Shown here in pieces: positions 26,957 to 37,200 of a DNA stretch of 64,000 nt (its first letter is position 1; every line of letters begins with the position of its first letter). Source of the DNA: a virus; the IMG/VR virus record IMGVR_UViG_3300022554_000003, one strand, 5' to 3'. The position numbers and the translations under genes were made by a program. A model generated the notes under the pieces. The model had not been told where the DNA came from. It saw only the letters and a list, made by a program, of their open reading frames with translations, and made no database searches.

Positions 26957-28435
26957 ATGATAAAATTGTATGTGGAACCAGTTTATACGAAAATTTATGG
27001 TCTTAAAGATGAACATTACGCGGAGATGCTCAGCGACCAGCTGTCGTATCGCAAGCAGGGTTATTTCTTTTCTAAGGCGTACCAAAATAAACTTTGGGAT
27101 GGAAGGCAAAGATTGCTTTGGGTGAATGAAGATGGTATTATGGAAACATACAGTGGGCTTGTTAAACGAATGACAATATTTTTTAATAAACAAGGTCTTA
27201 AATATAAAATTATAAAACGTTATGCACATCATGAAGTTAAAGTTGATGATGTTAAATTAGAAGGTCAACAACAAAGGAGTTATCAAGTTGAAGTTAATGA
27301 GGTTTGCAAGAAAAAGAAAAGAGGTATTATACAATCTCCAACTGGAAGTGGAAAGACTGAAATGTTTGTGAAGTTGACTGCTGACCTCAATCTTCCAACA
27401 TTGATAGTTGTGAATCGAACAGCATTGTTGGGACAACTTCAAGATAAAATTATAGAACGTATGGGATTGCGCAAAACGGAATTTAATACAATAGGAGGAA
27501 ACATCACATTTTACAAAAAAGAAAACACAATCACTATTGCGACATTTCAATCACTTCTTACAGGAAAGTGGAATCATATTTTACGAGATTGCAAGGTGAT
27601 TATATTTGATGAAACACATCATGTTGCAGCTAATGAACTTGGAAGAATTGCAAAAAAAGCAAATAATACATTATATCGTATTGGATTGAGTGCTACTCCA
27701 AAAAGAGAAGATGGGGCTGATATGATGATTGAGGCTCTGATTGGTCCAAAGATTTATCACAAGTCGATTTCTGAACTTATCAGAATGGGGTATTTGGCAA
27801 AGCCTTATATTTATTTTGTGAGAGTGAAGCATAATTCGAATGTGAAGTTAGCTTATCCAAGTCAATATAAGATTCTCGCTGAGAGCGATGAACGGAATGC
27901 TATTATTGCAAAAATTGCATATGAATTTGCAAAACGAAATAAGATTGTTCTTATATCCGTAATTCGACTTAATCACATAAACAGAATCCTCGAGCATCTT
28001 AAACGCATTGATGATATTGGATTTAATATTAAGGTCATAACGGGAAAAGATTCATCACAAGAAAAGATAAGGACAATAAAGAAGATGAATACAGGCGAAT
28101 TCAATATAGTAATCTCAACATTATTTGGGGAAGGAGTTGATGTACCAAACCTTAACGTGTTGATAAACGCAAGGGCAGCAAAGTCATTAATTGATGCAGT
28201 GCAACAAGTTGGAAGAGTTTTGAGACCAAAAGACGATGGTGAATCTCCATATGTTATTGATTTCTACGACTACAATCCTAAAGTTAAGGAATGGAATCAA
28301 AAGCATCCAGAGGATAAAAAGATAGATTATTTTCAAAGGTATGCAAAACGTAGAATTAAGGCTTATCAATCAGAACCAGAATTTGAAGTCACAGTTGTTG
28401 AAAGTGTTGACGAAATACTGAAGGAGATAGAATGA
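26957..28435 (+). CDS. SF2 DNA helicase (DExH, type III restriction Res / UvsW-like)
   Basis: SPTGSGKT (motif I), FDETHH (II), SATP (III), QQVGRVLR (VI). Start taken at ATG 26957 behind AGGTG. Confidence 0.85.
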   Translation: MIKLYVEPVYTKIYGLKDEHYAEMLSDQLSYRKQGYFFSKAYQNKLWDGRQRLLWVNEDGIMETYSGLVKRMTIFFNKQGLKYKIIKRYAHHEVKVDDVKLEGQQQRSYQVEVNEVCKKKKRGIIQSPTGSGKTEMFVKLTADLNLPTLIVVNRTALLGQLQDKIIERMGLRKTEFNTIGGNITFYKKENTITIATFQSLLTGKWNHILRDCKVIIFDETHHVAANELGRIAKKANNTLYRIGLSATPKREDGADMMIEALIGPKIYHKSISELIRMGYLAKPYIYFVRVKHNSNVKLAYPSQYKILAESDERNAIIAKIAYEFAKRNKIVLISVIRLNHINRILEHLKRIDDIGFNIKVITGKDSSQEKIRTIKKMNTGEFNIVISTLFGEGVDVPNLNVLINARAAKSLIDAVQQVGRVLRPKDDGESPYVIDFYDYNPKVKEWNQKHPEDKKIDYFQRYAKRRIKAYQSEPEFEVTVVESVDEILKEIE

Positions 28436-29331
28436 TTATTTTTTTGGAAGATTCAGATGGATTGCTTGTTTGTAAGTCAAAAGACTATAATCGTTGGACA
28501 ATATTAGCATCTATTGCGAGATATAAATATTTTTACGGCAAGGTAATAAGTATAGGCAATCAAGAAGAGTTGTTTAAAGGTTTTAGTCTTAAGAGTTATG
28601 ACAAACACAGAGATGAAATAAAGATAAGGTCAGTGGAGGTTTATACAAAAGTTAAAATTAAAGTTGACGATTGTTTGTTGGCAAAGCCTCAAAAGGAGAA
28701 GAAGGTTGATAGGCTTAATGGTCAAGTACTTCTTGATTTATTTTTGAAGTTGTACAACGAAGAATATGGGATTGTATATGTTATTAATAACGAAAATACA
28801 TACAAGAACAAATTTAGAAAGTTGATGGATAACTTTTATATGTCTGGTCTTTCTGATGCTCATATACGAGGTTTTATAAAAAGGGCTGTTCAGTTCGGCA
28901 ATCATAACGGGGACCCAATTTACATTGATTGGCTTTTTGATGATAAGGTCCTCAGCAACTATCTTCTTGTTGTGAAAGGATTAAAGGACATAACATCAGT
29001 TTGGCAATATCTTGATGTTAGTCTTTCAAACATTGAACGTAAAAAGATAAGATATTTGATGAATGTAAAAAGATTTAATGACCTTGAGGACACAGAAAAG
29101 GATATTACTATTAAACTTTATAAAAGATATGATAGAAAAATTTATGAACAACTGATTTCGCAATATAAACCAAAAAATAATTTTATAGCTAAAGTTAGAT
29201 TGTTTGAACTTCTTGCTGTTGAATATGGAACTTCAGTTGATGTTTTGTTGAAGCAAACAAAACATAGTAAGAAATATTTTTTCTATGATTACACTAAGGC
29301 ACAGATTAAGGAGGCAATGTATGAGGGCTGA
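28432..29331 (+). CDS. Hypothetical replication-module protein
   Basis: ATGA overlap with the helicase gene. 299 aa, no motif recognised. Confidence 0.6.
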   Translation: MIIFLEDSDGLLVCKSKDYNRWTILASIARYKYFYGKVISIGNQEELFKGFSLKSYDKHRDEIKIRSVEVYTKVKIKVDDCLLAKPQKEKKVDRLNGQVLLDLFLKLYNEEYGIVYVINNENTYKNKFRKLMDNFYMSGLSDAHIRGFIKRAVQFGNHNGDPIYIDWLFDDKVLSNYLLVVKGLKDITSVWQYLDVSLSNIERKKIRYLMNVKRFNDLEDTEKDITIKLYKRYDRKIYEQLISQYKPKNNFIAKVRLFELLAVEYGTSVDVLLKQTKHSKKYFFYDYTKAQIKEAMYEG

Positions 29332-29902
29332 AGTAATAGAATTGTTTTTTACTGATGATATGCGGATTAAATATCATGACATTAAACCTTACAAAGATTG
29401 TAAAAAATGTGAGCAAGGTTTAAAAATGGAAAGTGATACTATATGTGATTGTAGTCTTTCAACAATATTGGAATTGATTGCAGAGATTCCAGATCGGTAT
29501 AATGTTGACATAAAGCTTTCAAAATCTCTAAAAAAGCAAGTTGATGAGATTGACAAGTTTGTTGTAATAACTGGAGAGGATAAATATGCCAAGCTTTTGG
29601 CTTATTATTTGGCGAAGAAATTTATTGCTGATGGGAAGATTGTGAGGCATGTTGCTACGATAAACGGCTACAGAAATGACTCAAGAATAGTTGATGACAT
29701 TACTTCGATGAATAAAGCTGATGTTGTTATTTTTGAAGATATCTTCAAAAAGCAAGCAGCTCCAGAGTATAACTACGAAATCAAAAAACGTGTTGACAAA
29801 AATAAACCAATAATTTTCCTTGGTAAAACAGAATTAGTAGTTATGGACGATGACTTCTTGCAAATAGAGGTTGATAGTGCTGATATTACGGTGGTTAAAT
29901 AA
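29321..29902 (+). CDS. Hypothetical protein, possible helicase-loader-like (degenerate P-loop)
   Basis: Start moved to ATG 29321 (SD AAGGAGG). N-terminal CKKCEQG...CDC. Lies upstream of the DnaB-like gene. No intact Walker A seen. Confidence 0.5.
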   Translation: MRAEVIELFFTDDMRIKYHDIKPYKDCKKCEQGLKMESDTICDCSLSTILELIAEIPDRYNVDIKLSKSLKKQVDEIDKFVVITGEDKYAKLLAYYLAKKFIADGKIVRHVATINGYRNDSRIVDDITSMNKADVVIFEDIFKKQAAPEYNYEIKKRVDKNKPIIFLGKTELVVMDDDFLQIEVDSADITVVK

Positions 29903-29904
29903 TA

Positions 29905-30129
29905 ATGCAACACACAATAAAGATACAAGGTCGTGGTATTGGTAAAATTAAAGAAGCAGTTGACATAGCTTTGACTCTTATGAGAGAAAATTGTGCAAAA
30001 AATAAATTTCATATTATTGCTGAAAAGAAGAATCACAATGGATATATTTCTCTTTTTAAAAAGCAAGGTGTTGAAGTTGAAATTGTAGAACAAACTGAAA
30101 ATTACGTGGTGCTAAAATGCAAGAAATAA
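29905..30129 (+). CDS. Hypothetical small protein
   Basis: 74 aa, packed between neighbours. Confidence 0.5.
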   Translation: MQHTIKIQGRGIGKIKEAVDIALTLMRENCAKNKFHIIAEKKNHNGYISLFKKQGVEVEIVEQTENYVVLKCKK

Positions 30130-31418
30130 TGGAAAAAACAATTTGTTATCTTTTTAAAGAGGAGTATATAAAGGATTTTATTGAACATTCATACATTAAG
30201 TTTATTTCGGATGAACGTTTAAGGAAGTTCGCAGTATCTATTCTTAAGTTTTATAAAGAGTACGATAAAATTCCAACCATTGATGAGTACGAAAAGTTTG
30301 TTAAAGAACATGATTATCATGCGGATTTTTCGATTTTGTTTCAGAAGCTTAGCTCAAGAAACCCAGTGGAGAATTATCATTTTCTTATTGACCAACTTAA
30401 AAATGAATATACAAAAGAAAAGTTTATGGAAATTGTTGGAGATGTAGATTACAAAGATATAAATTTGAGCAAGATAAGTGCTAAGATAAACAAAGTTATT
30501 TCTGATATTGATACGACTTCAGAAACAAAAGGCCGTTTCATATATGAAGGTGTTGCTGATCGTTATCGTTTTGTAAAGAAGGGCGGGTTTAAAACTGGCA
30601 TTTCGTCTGGATTTCGAGTTTTTGATAAACACACTGGTGGATTTAACAAGAAGGAACTCTATCTTTTTGTAGGACGAAGTGGTGAAGGTAAAAGTAAAAT
30701 AATGTTTAACTTGGGCTACAACCTTGCGAAACAATATCTTTGGGGGATAAATTTTAGTTTGGAAATGTATCTTGAACAAGTTGAACGTATGTTTGACTCA
30801 AGAGAAGGTGGTATTGATGCTGATGCATTGAAATATGCAAGAGTTGATAGAGCAAAATATAAAGCTGTTCTTCAACAAATTAAAGACAATCAATATCCAC
30901 TTTATAATTTAGAACACACTGGTATGACAACACCAGATTTTTTTATAAATGAAGTTCGTAAATTTAAGAAGAAATACCCACTTGATTTTATTATCATAGA
31001 TTATCTTAGTTCTAACTTAGTTCAAAGTGGTCTTGGATTACCAACACATGAAGATCTTGGTATGATAACAAAAGAGCTCAAGAATCTTGCCAAGAGAGAA
31101 GATTTGATTGTTATAACTGCGGCTCAATCGAATAGAAAAAGTCTTGAACAAGCAGATGTTGGTTTGGAGAACATAGGTTATTCTGATATGATAAGCCATA
31201 ACTGCGACTTTGTTGCGTTTATTAAAAAAGGTAAGGTCGCTTCAGATATGATAAAACTTAAAATTGTAAAAAACAGAGAAGGTCCAAAAGATATTGATAT
31301 GAGCTTCTTAATGAAGTGGTCAACCAACACAATGGTTGATTCAATAGGAACTGTTGATGATGATGGTAAAGAAAAGAAAAAGTTTAAATCAAAGCTTAAG
31401 GAGGATGAAGATGATTAA
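30117..31418 (+). CDS. dnaB: Replicative DNA helicase, DnaB family
   Basis: Walker A GRSGEGKS, Walker B FIIIDYLS, ITAAQSNR arginine-finger region. 433 aa. Confidence 0.85.
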   Translation: MQEIMEKTICYLFKEEYIKDFIEHSYIKFISDERLRKFAVSILKFYKEYDKIPTIDEYEKFVKEHDYHADFSILFQKLSSRNPVENYHFLIDQLKNEYTKEKFMEIVGDVDYKDINLSKISAKINKVISDIDTTSETKGRFIYEGVADRYRFVKKGGFKTGISSGFRVFDKHTGGFNKKELYLFVGRSGEGKSKIMFNLGYNLAKQYLWGINFSLEMYLEQVERMFDSREGGIDADALKYARVDRAKYKAVLQQIKDNQYPLYNLEHTGMTTPDFFINEVRKFKKKYPLDFIIIDYLSSNLVQSGLGLPTHEDLGMITKELKNLAKREDLIVITAAQSNRKSLEQADVGLENIGYSDMISHNCDFVAFIKKGKVASDMIKLKIVKNREGPKDIDMSFLMKWSTNTMVDSIGTVDDDGKEKKKFKSKLKEDEDD

Positions 31419-31752
31419 GTTTCAAATTGTATTCAAAGCTTTTGTTGATAAGCTTTCAGAGTCTCAAAAAGTTGAGTTTTTGAATTTATGCAAAAAGTTT
31501 GACCAAAAGGGACTTAGTTTTATTATAGGTGGAGGGGTAAGAAAAGAGATGGTAAATATTTCTGATATAAAATTTGCTGGCGGAGTCGGGGCAAATCATG
31601 GAATTGTGCAACGACCAGTTTTTGTTCTTACTATTTCTGTTGACACAAAAAGTGTGCTATCACACGAGGAGTTCGAATCTGATTATGCCAATATACTTAC
31701 TTATATGAAGGAGTTTCTCGAAACATATACTATAGCAATAACTGAGACTTAA
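31411..31752 (+). CDS. Hypothetical protein
   Basis: Start moved to ATG 31411 (SD AAGGAGG). Confidence 0.55.
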   Translation: MIKFQIVFKAFVDKLSESQKVEFLNLCKKFDQKGLSFIIGGGVRKEMVNISDIKFAGGVGANHGIVQRPVFVLTISVDTKSVLSHEEFESDYANILTYMKEFLETYTIAITET

Positions 31753-31850
31753 GTCATTTTATTTTAATAGAAAAGTTTATATCAGGTGGAATATGTTAAT
31801 TAGAAAGAATATTTTGATGTTTATGTAGCTTGATAAACAGAAAATTTAAG

Positions 31851-31879
31851 TTTCCAGCGTTTTTTATTGAGTGTAGAAT
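31851..31879 (+). promoter_or_regulatory. Sigma70-like promoter TTTCCA-17-TAGAAT
   Basis: Lies in the 165-nt intergenic gap. Followed by the leader GAACTCAGGAGGTTG. Confidence 0.45.
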
Positions 31880-31917
31880 ACAATTAAAATCTAGAACTCA
31901 GGAGGTTGAAGATAACA

Positions 31918-32751
31918 ATGGTAGACGAAATGAACGAGTTGCAAAAGCTCAACTTTGATGTTGCAAAGGAACCAATTGCAATAGCAAGAACAGGTGAGGT
32001 AATAGATGGTAGATTTGCAATAGTAAGAAAAGACACAAAGACCACACTTGGTATTGTATCTAAGGATTATCGTATCATAAAGCACGGTGATGCAATGGCT
32101 AATCCAGCTAAGGTGCTTATTGGTGAAGGGTACGAAATAGTGACATCATATCAGAGTGATTGTGGAGCAAGAGTAATTTTAGAGCTTAGGTCAAAAGATA
32201 TAACAAAAATTAATGGTGACAACTATAAGACTAGACTATATTTGCTCAACAGTTATGATGGTTCTACCAGTTTACGTATGGAATTTGGCTTTTTCAGGCT
32301 GACTTGTCTTAATGGTGCAGGTTATAATGCTAAGGAAAAAGATGTGATATCAATAGCTCACATTGGCAATGACAAGCTTTTTGACAAAGACATTGTTTTA
32401 AACTTTCTTAACGTCAGAGAAAACTACATAAAGTCATTTGCAGAAATTGTTAAAAAGCTTGGCGATTACCGACTGACTAAAGATGAAGATGCAGTAAACG
32501 TTCTTGAAAAGCTTGAATTTGGCAAACGTACGATAAAGAATATTATAAACGAGTGGAAAAAGGATATTAACTATTCACCAACACTTTATGGTCTTTACAA
32601 TGGTATAACAAGCCTTTGGACAAGAAAGATAGAAAAACCTGATAAAAAGGAAAGAGGAGTTGGAAATCGTGTAATGCATGCGCAGTGGGTGACTAATATG
32701 GCAATTCACAAGATGTATGAACTTGCTATACCCAAAGGTAGAGTATTCTAG
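31918..32751 (+). CDS. DUF932-family phage/plasmid protein
   Basis: LLNSYDGSTSLRMEFGFFRLTCLNG and ISIAHIGN match the DUF932 core as I recall it. Confidence 0.6.
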   Translation: MVDEMNELQKLNFDVAKEPIAIARTGEVIDGRFAIVRKDTKTTLGIVSKDYRIIKHGDAMANPAKVLIGEGYEIVTSYQSDCGARVILELRSKDITKINGDNYKTRLYLLNSYDGSTSLRMEFGFFRLTCLNGAGYNAKEKDVISIAHIGNDKLFDKDIVLNFLNVRENYIKSFAEIVKKLGDYRLTKDEDAVNVLEKLEFGKRTIKNIINEWKKDINYSPTLYGLYNGITSLWTRKIEKPDKKERGVGNRVMHAQWVTNMAIHKMYELAIPKGRVF

Positions 32752-32752
32752 T

Positions 32753-33082
32753 ATGGAGAGGTTGATAAATATAAACATTCCTTTTAAACTTTCTTGGAGC
32801 TATATGAACAAAAAACCATATTACGAAATAGGAAAGACATACATTTATCCTCACACTGGAGAACATTGTATTTTAGTCGAAACCAAGACTAATGAAAAAT
32901 GCAATGATGACGGACAAGAATCTTGTGCTATATGTAAGGGTAAAATAAAGTTTAAAACTTCAAGCGGAAAAGAAATCATTACATGCCCATATACATACAA
33001 CGAAGTCAGTCGTGATTGGGTACCATATCTTCTTAAAATAGGAGAGGAACCTTTGCTTTCGTATCATGGAGATAAGAAATGA
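32753..33082 (+). CDS. Small zinc-ribbon-like protein
   Basis: C-x...CAICKG...TCP cysteines. Start at 32753 is uncertain. Confidence 0.45.
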   Translation: MERLININIPFKLSWSYMNKKPYYEIGKTYIYPHTGEHCILVETKTNEKCNDDGQESCAICKGKIKFKTSSGKEIITCPYTYNEVSRDWVPYLLKIGEEPLLSYHGDKK

Positions 33083-33963
33083 TAGTCGTTGATGGAATGT
33101 CGGATTTTTATCGTCATTACTGGAAGATACAACGAGTTGTAGGACCGAATGTTGCTGGATTTATGGGGATGATACGTGGTGTGTTTTCATACAAGAAACA
33201 AGATAAGGATGTTCGAATTGTTTGGGAGGGAAAATCGACCATTCGAAAGAATATTAATGTGCTTTATAAAGGTGATAGAAAAAGAATGCCTGACACATTT
33301 TACGAACAACTCAACGATACACAATCATTCCTTTCTCATTTTTTTAAACAGTATATGGTTGAGGAGTACGAATCTGATGACCTTTGTGCTACCATTGCTT
33401 ACAAAAGGAACCGCATTGGGAAAACTACAAAAATAATTTCTGGCGACGGAGATATACACCAAATTATCAACGAAAATATATCTGTATATAATCCGGCAAG
33501 AGATATTGAAGTAAATGTTGAAACATTTAAAGATGAATATGGACCAAATCTTTTATCTCATCATCTTCTTGGATTATGGGCTCTTGAAGGTGATGCAAGT
33601 GATAATATCATTGGAATCAAAGGACTCAAGAAACGGTCAGAGCTTGTAGCAGCATATTTTCCAGACTATGCATTGATATTAAGTGACATTGAATTTGAAG
33701 ATGTTGCTGAAAGATTTTATAAAGCTCTCATCGAAGACAAAAAAGGAATAATGACTCCAAAGGATAAAGCAAAAGTCATGGCAAACAAAAAATTGATTTA
33801 TGATAATATGAATCTTATAAGACTTCGTCTTGTACCAAAAGAATTCTACAAAAGAATAGAAACCAGAGATGACCCAAAGGCTTTAATTGAGAAGTACAAA
33901 TGTTTTAAATCTTTGATGAAATACTTGGAAGAGCCAAATGAAAATAAGCCAGCGACAGATTGA
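33079..33963 (+). CDS. 5'-3' exonuclease / flap endonuclease (PolA N-terminal, FEN family)
   Basis: YESDDLCATIA, ISGDGDIHQI and GDASDNIIGIKGLKKRS match the PIN and H3TH motifs. Confidence 0.8.
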   Translation: MIVVDGMSDFYRHYWKIQRVVGPNVAGFMGMIRGVFSYKKQDKDVRIVWEGKSTIRKNINVLYKGDRKRMPDTFYEQLNDTQSFLSHFFKQYMVEEYESDDLCATIAYKRNRIGKTTKIISGDGDIHQIINENISVYNPARDIEVNVETFKDEYGPNLLSHHLLGLWALEGDASDNIIGIKGLKKRSELVAAYFPDYALILSDIEFEDVAERFYKALIEDKKGIMTPKDKAKVMANKKLIYDNMNLIRLRLVPKEFYKRIETRDDPKALIEKYKCFKSLMKYLEEPNENKPATD

Positions 33964-34429
33964 CTATGTAAAATCAATTCCAATAAGGGATGTTCTTGCT
34001 TATTATGATGTGAAGATACCAGAAAGCAACATGATTCGTTGCATTAATCCACATCATGAAGATAGAACACCATCGATGTACATTTATGATGAGATAAATA
34101 TAGCAAAATGTTTTGGTAAATGTCACAAAGGCTATGATACAATAGAAATAGTTAGAGCGATTGAAGGTAAGGGATTTGAAGATGCAGTAATGTTTTTGTA
34201 CAATACATTCGCTGCAAAAATGCTTGTTGCGAAGAAAAAGCAGAAATTAAATCTTGAAATTTATCTTAAATTAAATAAAGAATTAAAACGTTTGTTCAAC
34301 ATAGTGAAGAACGATAAAAACATGAGAATAAAATTTGCTAAAGTAATGCAAACAATTGATTTACAACCAGAAAATAATGTGTTAATATTGAAGTTGTATA
34401 AAACACTTCTTAAGGAGATTATTCAATGA
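33938..34429 (+). CDS. Stand-alone DnaG-type CHC2 zinc-finger protein (primase zinc-binding domain)
   Basis: CINPHHEDRTPSMYIY...AKCFGKCHKGYDTIEIV is the zf-CHC2 pattern. No RNA polymerase or Toprim domain follows. Confidence 0.7.
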   Translation: MKISQRQIDYVKSIPIRDVLAYYDVKIPESNMIRCINPHHEDRTPSMYIYDEINIAKCFGKCHKGYDTIEIVRAIEGKGFEDAVMFLYNTFAAKMLVAKKKQKLNLEIYLKLNKELKRLFNIVKNDKNMRIKFAKVMQTIDLQPENNVLILKLYKTLLKEIIQ

Positions 34430-35526
34430 GAAACTTTATGGTTGGGAATAACTTTGATGAAAAACTTGTTGATGAGATAATAGAGCTCAATAATAGTGGG
34501 GCTGTTGAACAAATAAATACTCTCGCTGGGCAGAAAAATTTCAAAATAAAAGAGATGTATGGTAGTACAACATCAACATTTCCTCAATATACAGCAAGAC
34601 CTTTGTACCGCCTTCCTGATAAGTCAATTGAAGAGACGATGAGAATCAAAAAGAAACTTGAAGACAACGGCATAATGTTCAATCTCACAATGAATGGCCC
34701 AAACGTAGATAAGACAAAGTTTGATGCTGCTGGATTTGTTGAGTTCCTGCGAAAGTATGAAATAAAACGAATTACAGTCACATCAACACTTTTATTAGAA
34801 GTCCTTCAGCAATCTGACCTTGATATAGACATAGAGCTTTCAACAATCTATCACATCAGCTCAATATACCAAATGGAACTTCTTCTAAGGCGTTATCCAA
34901 AAATTAAAAAGGTATGCATGAACCTTCAGAAGAATAGGGATATGAATTTCTTAAGAGATTTCAGCAAGACATTTGGTCAATATATTGATGTTGAAGTAAT
35001 GGTAAATGAATTTTGTTTATTCCATTGTCCTAACAGAATGTCATGTTATATGAACCATCAAAATGTAAAGACAGTTGAAGAAAGTAAATTGTTCTCAAAT
35101 TATCCAATGAGAGACTGTATACATGCAAGAGCAACGGATTTTGCTGAATGGCTCAAAACAAGATTTATCCTTCCAGAATGGCTTGGATATTATGAAGATA
35201 TAGGAATCAATCATTTCAAAATAACCGGTCGAACATCGTCCACGGATTTTGTGCTTAAGGTCTTGAAAATTTATCTTGGAATGATACCAAACTACACTTT
35301 TGGAGAGCTTTGGTATCATCTTGAAAATATAGGTAATACAAGGGAAAATAAATTTACTCCAGATTTATTGAAGAAAATAGGACCAGAACATCTTACAGAA
35401 TATGAACAGTTTGTGTATGGTGAACAGCAAGAACTTGATGTTGATAACAACCATAATGCGATGTCTTATTACGAAGGCAAAATGAGATATTTTGCGGACA
35501 AAATTACAAGGATGGTAAGCAAATGA
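34426..35526 (+). CDS. U32-family (collagenase-like / Fe-S hydroxylase family) protein, tentative
   Basis: VEVMVNEFCLFHCPNRMSCYMN resembles the U32 signature E.F.hGa.C.sySG.C. INHFKITGRTSSTDFVLKVLKIYL resembles the VKIEGR...Y region. Judged by eye only. Confidence 0.45.
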   Translation: MRNFMVGNNFDEKLVDEIIELNNSGAVEQINTLAGQKNFKIKEMYGSTTSTFPQYTARPLYRLPDKSIEETMRIKKKLEDNGIMFNLTMNGPNVDKTKFDAAGFVEFLRKYEIKRITVTSTLLLEVLQQSDLDIDIELSTIYHISSIYQMELLLRRYPKIKKVCMNLQKNRDMNFLRDFSKTFGQYIDVEVMVNEFCLFHCPNRMSCYMNHQNVKTVEESKLFSNYPMRDCIHARATDFAEWLKTRFILPEWLGYYEDIGINHFKITGRTSSTDFVLKVLKIYLGMIPNYTFGELWYHLENIGNTRENKFTPDLLKKIGPEHLTEYEQFVYGEQQELDVDNNHNAMSYYEGKMRYFADKITRMVSK

Positions 35527-36752
35527 AGATATTATATTATCCACAAATCAGCTCTGTTGCAAATGGTAAGGCAGTACTGAATACTGAAGCTACATTTAAT
35601 ATCATGTTAACATTCATTAAGTGCATCAATGAAATGCACAATACTTTTGAATGGGTATTCCTTATTCCGAGCAAAAGCGAATTCAATAAGGAAATGCCAT
35701 CAAATGTTACGATGATTCCAATTGATATGTATTTGGACTCAAAAATTGGGAGATATGATTTTAATGCTCAAAAGGTTGAAGCAATAATCAAAGAACATAA
35801 ACCAGATATTATTATAAATAATAATCCTACGTTAACCAGAAATATAAGAATTCTTGCACCAAATACTCCAATCATACAGAAGAATGATTTTCAAGGACAT
35901 GGTTTACCTGAGAATATCAATTATCGCATTCGTCAGGTGGATGGAGTAATATCATCAGATGTTGCATTTGAAATCACTCAGGCCAACAAGGATTTGTTTA
36001 TTCGATATGCTGCGAATGAATTCAATAGTAAAATCATAAACATTCTTAAGAAAAAGATTCGAGTTATAAAGCAAGGAGCATATGCAAAAGAAATAAATGA
36101 ATGGAAGAAGAGGTTTACAGTAGAGAGGTTTAATGTGCCTTGGAAAATAGTATTTCCAGGACGAATAGGAACTACAAATTATAACCACTGGCATGATATG
36201 TTGGGTGCTATTACCACGGGACAGTTTGATACAAGAGAGTTTCAATTTATCTTCACAAATCCAACAAAAGAAAAAGGGAAGCAGATTTTGATTGAAAGAC
36301 TTCAGAAACAAAATATTAGCATTATCAAAGAAAATGACCACACAGATTTCACAGAGTTGGTGCTTGAACACGGTCAGTCAATATATTTATTCAAATATCC
36401 AGATGTAAGAGAAAAATACATTGAGCTTCTTTGCACATCAAATGTTGGAGTTCAATTGTTTGACAAAAACGAAGAGCCACACGGCGGAATAGCCTGTAGA
36501 GAAATGGCATGGTGTAATCTTAAGCTTATATTATCAGACACGTTTAGAGTTAATGGTTTTGTGAAAAAGAACTACAAATACATAGTTAATATGTCATCTT
36601 ATACAAATACAGTAAAAGACCTTATAAAAAAGATTAAAGCAATTGTTAAAGAAGATGGAAGTTTAGTTTATAATGTGGAGACAATGGAAGAAGGGGCTAA
36701 GATATTAAACGACACAATAATGGAGTTGCTAAATGTCAAGAAGACGAATTGA
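35523..36752 (+). CDS. GT-B fold glycosyltransferase (GT4-like)
   Basis: N-terminal MKILYYPQ...KPDIIINNNP and C-terminal EEPHGGIACREMAWCN resemble the E..G....EAMA motif. Confidence 0.55.
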   Translation: MKILYYPQISSVANGKAVLNTEATFNIMLTFIKCINEMHNTFEWVFLIPSKSEFNKEMPSNVTMIPIDMYLDSKIGRYDFNAQKVEAIIKEHKPDIIINNNPTLTRNIRILAPNTPIIQKNDFQGHGLPENINYRIRQVDGVISSDVAFEITQANKDLFIRYAANEFNSKIINILKKKIRVIKQGAYAKEINEWKKRFTVERFNVPWKIVFPGRIGTTNYNHWHDMLGAITTGQFDTREFQFIFTNPTKEKGKQILIERLQKQNISIIKENDHTDFTELVLEHGQSIYLFKYPDVREKYIELLCTSNVGVQLFDKNEEPHGGIACREMAWCNLKLILSDTFRVNGFVKKNYKYIVNMSSYTNTVKDLIKKIKAIVKEDGSLVYNVETMEEGAKILNDTIMELLNVKKTN

Positions 36753-37200
36753 ATCTGATAGGATGTATATGGACATAGCTTATACTGTGGCCAAACGTAG
36801 CTCTTGTCTTCGTAGACAAGTTGGTGCTGTTCTTGTTGTGAATAAACATATCGTATCTACTGGCTACAATGGTGCTCCAAGGGGAGTGAAAAGTTGTTTG
36901 GATAAGGGAGTTTGCATGAGAGAGGATGTTCAAAGTGGGACTAAGCTTGAATATTGTATGGCAGCTCATGCTGAAGCAAACGCAATTGCTCAGGCAGCTT
37001 TTCATGGAATACCAACAGAAGGAGCTACAATATATACTATATACAGTCCTTGTTCTTTTTGTGCTAAAATAATAATTAATGCTGGCATCAAAGAAGTAGT
37101 GTATGAAGAGGAATATACTGATGAACTTGGAATGATGTTATTGAAAGAAGCTGGAATTAGTATGAGGAAGATGGTTAAAAATGCAAAAGATGGTCAATGA
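36733..37200 (+). CDS. dCMP deaminase
   Basis: CMAAHAEANAI (HAE) and SPCSFCAKIIINAGIKEVVY (PCxxC). 155 aa. Confidence 0.85.
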   Translation: MSRRRIESDRMYMDIAYTVAKRSSCLRRQVGAVLVVNKHIVSTGYNGAPRGVKSCLDKGVCMREDVQSGTKLEYCMAAHAEANAIAQAAFHGIPTEGATIYTIYSPCSFCAKIIINAGIKEVVYEEEYTDELGMMLLKEAGISMRKMVKNAKDGQ

